In this document: positions 35,811 to 39,664 of the stretch, in pieces | Layout: every line of letters starts with the position of its first letter | How positions within the stretch are numbered: position 1 is the stretch's first letter | Assembly: GCF_001186125.1 (NCBI RefSeq) | Contig: NW_014040444.1 | Location: forward strand, 112,646 to 152,309 | Direction: 5' to 3' | Origin: Sphaeroforma arctica JP610 | Lineage: Eukaryota | Length of the DNA stretch: 39,664 nt | Made by a program: the position numbers and the translations under genes | The notes under the pieces: model-generated | Databases searched by the model: none | The model's input: the letters and a program-made list of their open reading frames with translations, nothing else | What the model was told of the DNA's origin: nothing

Positions 35811-37449
35811 CTAGAAGTCATGCGGATCTTTTAATACACAGGCACCGTGCATGTGATATAAACCGGTCTAGGACATGTGTATCTTTGTAAATACGAGAAG
35901 GCGGGGATGTTTGCAAGTGAGAGAGAGGGTATGTGTGTGTTTCTGAAACGACGTGTCTGATAATGTATCCAGGAAAGTATGTGTGGCGATTTCCGATCTG
36001 AATAGTGTTTGTATATCTGTGCATCACTATGTGTGGGTGCACGCTGGATACGCGGGTCGACATTTGTGCGGTTGTAGGATTCTATTGTGGGATTGCAAGC
36101 GCGCGCACGCAGGAGCCCGCGGGTTAAAATATGGAGCGGGACAGTCATGTGGATATGGTTGTTTAGAGGTATATATGTAGGTTAGAGGATTTTTAGAGTG
36201 CAAAAGATGTTGGAATCTTTAAAGTATGTGCGGTGCATGTACATGCTTGGACCTTGACTACGCCAATCTCAGTAGACAAAGAGTACATATCATCGGATGT
36301 GAGTAGGCACCCTTCTGGGTTTCCACTCATAGTCATGGCACACGGATGAATATGCAATCGTAAACGTTTTGTATACATACCGATCCTTAGACCTTCCGGA
36401 GTACAAGTCGACTCTCTGGCGCAACAGTACAGGACTAAGAACTAGAAAATCAGTCTCGTACCCACTTCACATATATTCCTATACCTTCAGACGTTCCTAC
36501 ATATCAAAGTGCTTACCTGCGCAAACGCAGCAGGGCCCATGGAGAATGCTGTGATAGGCCATATCGCCATACCCAGTTGGTAGTGATGCAGGTGCACAAA
36601 GTACTGACTGGATACGGCTACCGCAAACAGTATAAGCACAGCTAGTGCACTGATATATCCCGTGAGATATGGGAGTGTCCGACCGGACCGCCAGATAGCA
36701 CGGAACAGTTTGTAAAGCAGAAACTGTAGGGTGGAGTGTATTGAAACTGAGACACTTGAAAGGGAATGGGTGGGGAGATGGGGAGGGGAGGATCCACAAA
36801 TGAAATAGGGGCTGAATATGAACCGGCATTAATAGGTATGAAAGGAGGACGACATAGAGCTATACGTATGCCAATTACATAAGAAATACTGAGTATGCAT
36901 ACACGCAGAGAAATAGCAGGCGAATACGGACTGTGATATCGTGGAAAGATGCAAGATATGCAGAATGCTGGAAGCTAGCAAAGACCAGCTAATGGATACG
37001 CTCACACCGATTGAGCATCTGCACCCTTTCAGGCGTAGGGTTTGAGCGCAATGACATACATATCTAGCTTCTAAACGCAGGATCACTGTGAATAATACGT
37101 AGTGTATGCTCAACTTCCGGAGTGGGAAACGCCAACTATTAGAGAGATGTCTGTCTAGTTAGCTGACTAGGATTATTTGGAACGCGACAGAAACCGTGAT
37201 GTCGCCAGATTCAATATTAGCAGCTTAGAAGGGAAGGCAAGACCGCATTCAAAACATAACTGCATAAAACTGGAACTAAAACAACAGTGTGATGCAGGAA
37301 CACACACTAGTGCTGTGCAGAATTAGATCGTGCATAGGAAGCACCTTCAAGCTGCAAAATACACCGAAATATAAACAATAACAACAACTAGTACCTTTAA
37401 GAAAGGGTCTCCAAAAGGCATGCATTCATTTTACACCCAATACCTTTTA

Positions 37450-39060
37450 TCAAAACAGGACAACCTCCAGTGATGTAGTGCACGCCACGAATTTCACGAC
37501 ACACACCAGTGCTATACTACACGCCGCAACCATCAGAGTGATCGCCAGCGGATTCCAGGACACAGGCGGCTGCACCACAGCGATACCACCGTCATCCGTC
37601 ACCACTTGCTCACCACCGGTGATATCCTCATCGGGGAAGATGAACGTCAGGTAGTTCATGTGGACAAAAAACCATGCGGGAAACCAGTACAAGGCAAACC
37701 GCTCCAGCATGTGCGTGGGGGGCGGGATAGCGGTTTTGCCACCGTAGAGATAGAGCATATAGGCTATGAATAGGAACGGCAAGAAACGGCCCATGCAGGC
37801 CTCGATGAAGCTGTAGCTGGGAACGGGCTGGCTGATGAGCGCGACGTACCTGTTTGAGAGCGGTTCACTTATGTGTTATATATGGCACTTGCAGACATTG
37901 ATCTCAAGTTATCAGCTTGCAGATAGCTGCTACATAGTATAGTATACACACAGCCGAATGTTCAGGCTCACGTGGGGAACAGTAGTGACACACTTCCTAC
38001 TTGCATGGCATCCTTAGTCACCGGTAGGTGTGCTGAAAACAGAGTAAGCGGTGATCCGAGAGGGCTTAACGGCTATTTATCTGGGCCGTGCTTACTACAA
38101 GACAAATTATATAGTGACTCGCAACTACATGACAGGCAGCCATGCAAAAGTGGAGATGCGAATGACTCATGGAGAATCTGAATTGCTGATTTGGCAGGGT
38201 ATCGCGAATTATACCGACCGATCTGAATGTAGCAGTGTACTTGGTACAGCAGTAGCAGGAACTGTCTAGCAGAGACACTGCTGATGCCGATATTGGCAGC
38301 TCATGGTGAAGATTGATACTGTGTACAGCACCAAAGTGATATTTAAACTGAAACACATATGCGTCCAGCCGTACATATACATATAGCTATATATTCACAT
38401 ACAGATATGTAGCGTAAACTCCGAGAGAACACTATTCGATATTAATAACATTCAAGTGTAGGCACATCTCGGTACCATGTGCACCACATATCACACTGTC
38501 ATAACGTACACGAACGATTACATGTACTTACCTACACATATGTTCGAGAATACAAATTCCGGCCTACACTCCAATAAAAGCATAGGAAAGTATGATTTAC
38601 TTGAAGGTATACATATGTACACAGAGATTAAAAATTTTGCGCACGTATTTCAATTCACTTACACATATATGGACAACAACAACTAGTGACATCTCTAAGC
38701 ATTTTCTCTATTACATTTCTCAGCCTGCACCCGTAGCACGCATACAGATACTCCGAAACGACAGCACACACACACACACCACTACGTGGTAAGCCATACC
38801 AGAAACCCACAACCATGATAGAAGCGTAGTATACTAAGGAGTTGACCCCCAGGAGAATGAGTCCGATGTACAGTAGCGTTGTGACCGGTAGAACCACTTG
38901 GAAGCCAAAATATTCGCACGCCTTGGGATCGGTGCATGGCTTTAGTTCGAAGGATTTCGCAAACCATTGCGTTGAATTGAACGACTGCACACCATTGGCA
39001 TCTGCTCCATCGTATGAGCGAACAGGTACATGTGAGTCTCTCGTGGTGTGGGTACACTGA
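37450..39060 (-). CDS. Multi-pass membrane protein resembling fungal LCCL-domain membrane proteins (two exons visible)
   Basis: Exon about 39060-38800 splices (TG|G) to exon 37849-37450: SYDGADANGVQSFNSTQWFAKSFEL...CTDP...VVGFWYVALISQPVP...MGRFLPFLF...LERFALYWFPAW...NY. Several hydrophobic segments. Confidence 0.55.
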
Positions 39061-39546
39061 CTGAAGGAAGCTTCATCGGAACTTTAGCCGGTTTACATGA
39101 TCGTGCTATTATACTACATCTAATAGAACAGAGTTAAGCCCTTTCTCCTTATCCAGACTGGCTTTGTGGGCCCATTGGTCATCAGATAAATTAACTGCAC
39201 AGGTTGTGCGTGTTCACAAATATGGGCGCAAAAAGATAGCTGGTCATGGGGTACAGATAGGCGTATTTGCGCTTGGATAATATTTTGCTGGATGCAACTG
39301 GTACTGAAAATCGCAGGCACCACTTGGTTTCTGAGAAGCAACGTGAAAGCAGCCAAATCCTCTAGATTTCGTAATAGTATACACAATAGCGCGACTTATC
39401 TAAAATTCAGATCACTGTGTAGTGATTCATGTCTTCGGACTCTTACACAAGGTGGCTTTCGGTGCGTGTGCTCACCCGTTGTGTATCTACTGGTTTGTAT
39501 GTATGTGTGTAAATCGCTGTATGTATCCACCTATGTGATTGGTGTG

Positions 39547-39664
<118 letters not shown>

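Overview
Eukaryotic, intron-rich genomic DNA with (AT)n/(GT)n-filled introns. The style suggests a unicellular holozoan such as an ichthyosporean, but that is inference only. 0.6-9.8 kb: the last 11 exons of a condensin subunit CAP-G (NCAPG/Ycg1/Cnd3) gene, with all splice phases consistent; several of its introns carry decayed copies of the adjacent exon. 10-32 kb: a nested graveyard of mobile elements. It holds AT-rich virus/Polinton-like gene remnants (including an HNH-type nuclease), a dead piggyBac-like transposase, and a degraded intron-containing Crypton-type tyrosine recombinase. The transposase is split by an 11-kb Ty3/Gypsy chromovirus-like LTR retrotransposon (TTGC target-site duplication), which itself contains two solo LTRs of a second family. 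Main result: once the solo LTR in pol is removed by eye, pol reads PR-RT-RNaseH-[Dam-like N6-adenine DNA methyltransferase]-DDE integrase-chromodomain. A Dam-like domain after RNase H is known from DIRS elements, which use tyrosine recombinases; it is not expected in integrase-type Gypsy elements. 33-39.6 kb: fragments of an FN3-type gene and an LCCL-type membrane protein gene on the minus strand. All homology calls come from motif recognition; no searches were run.
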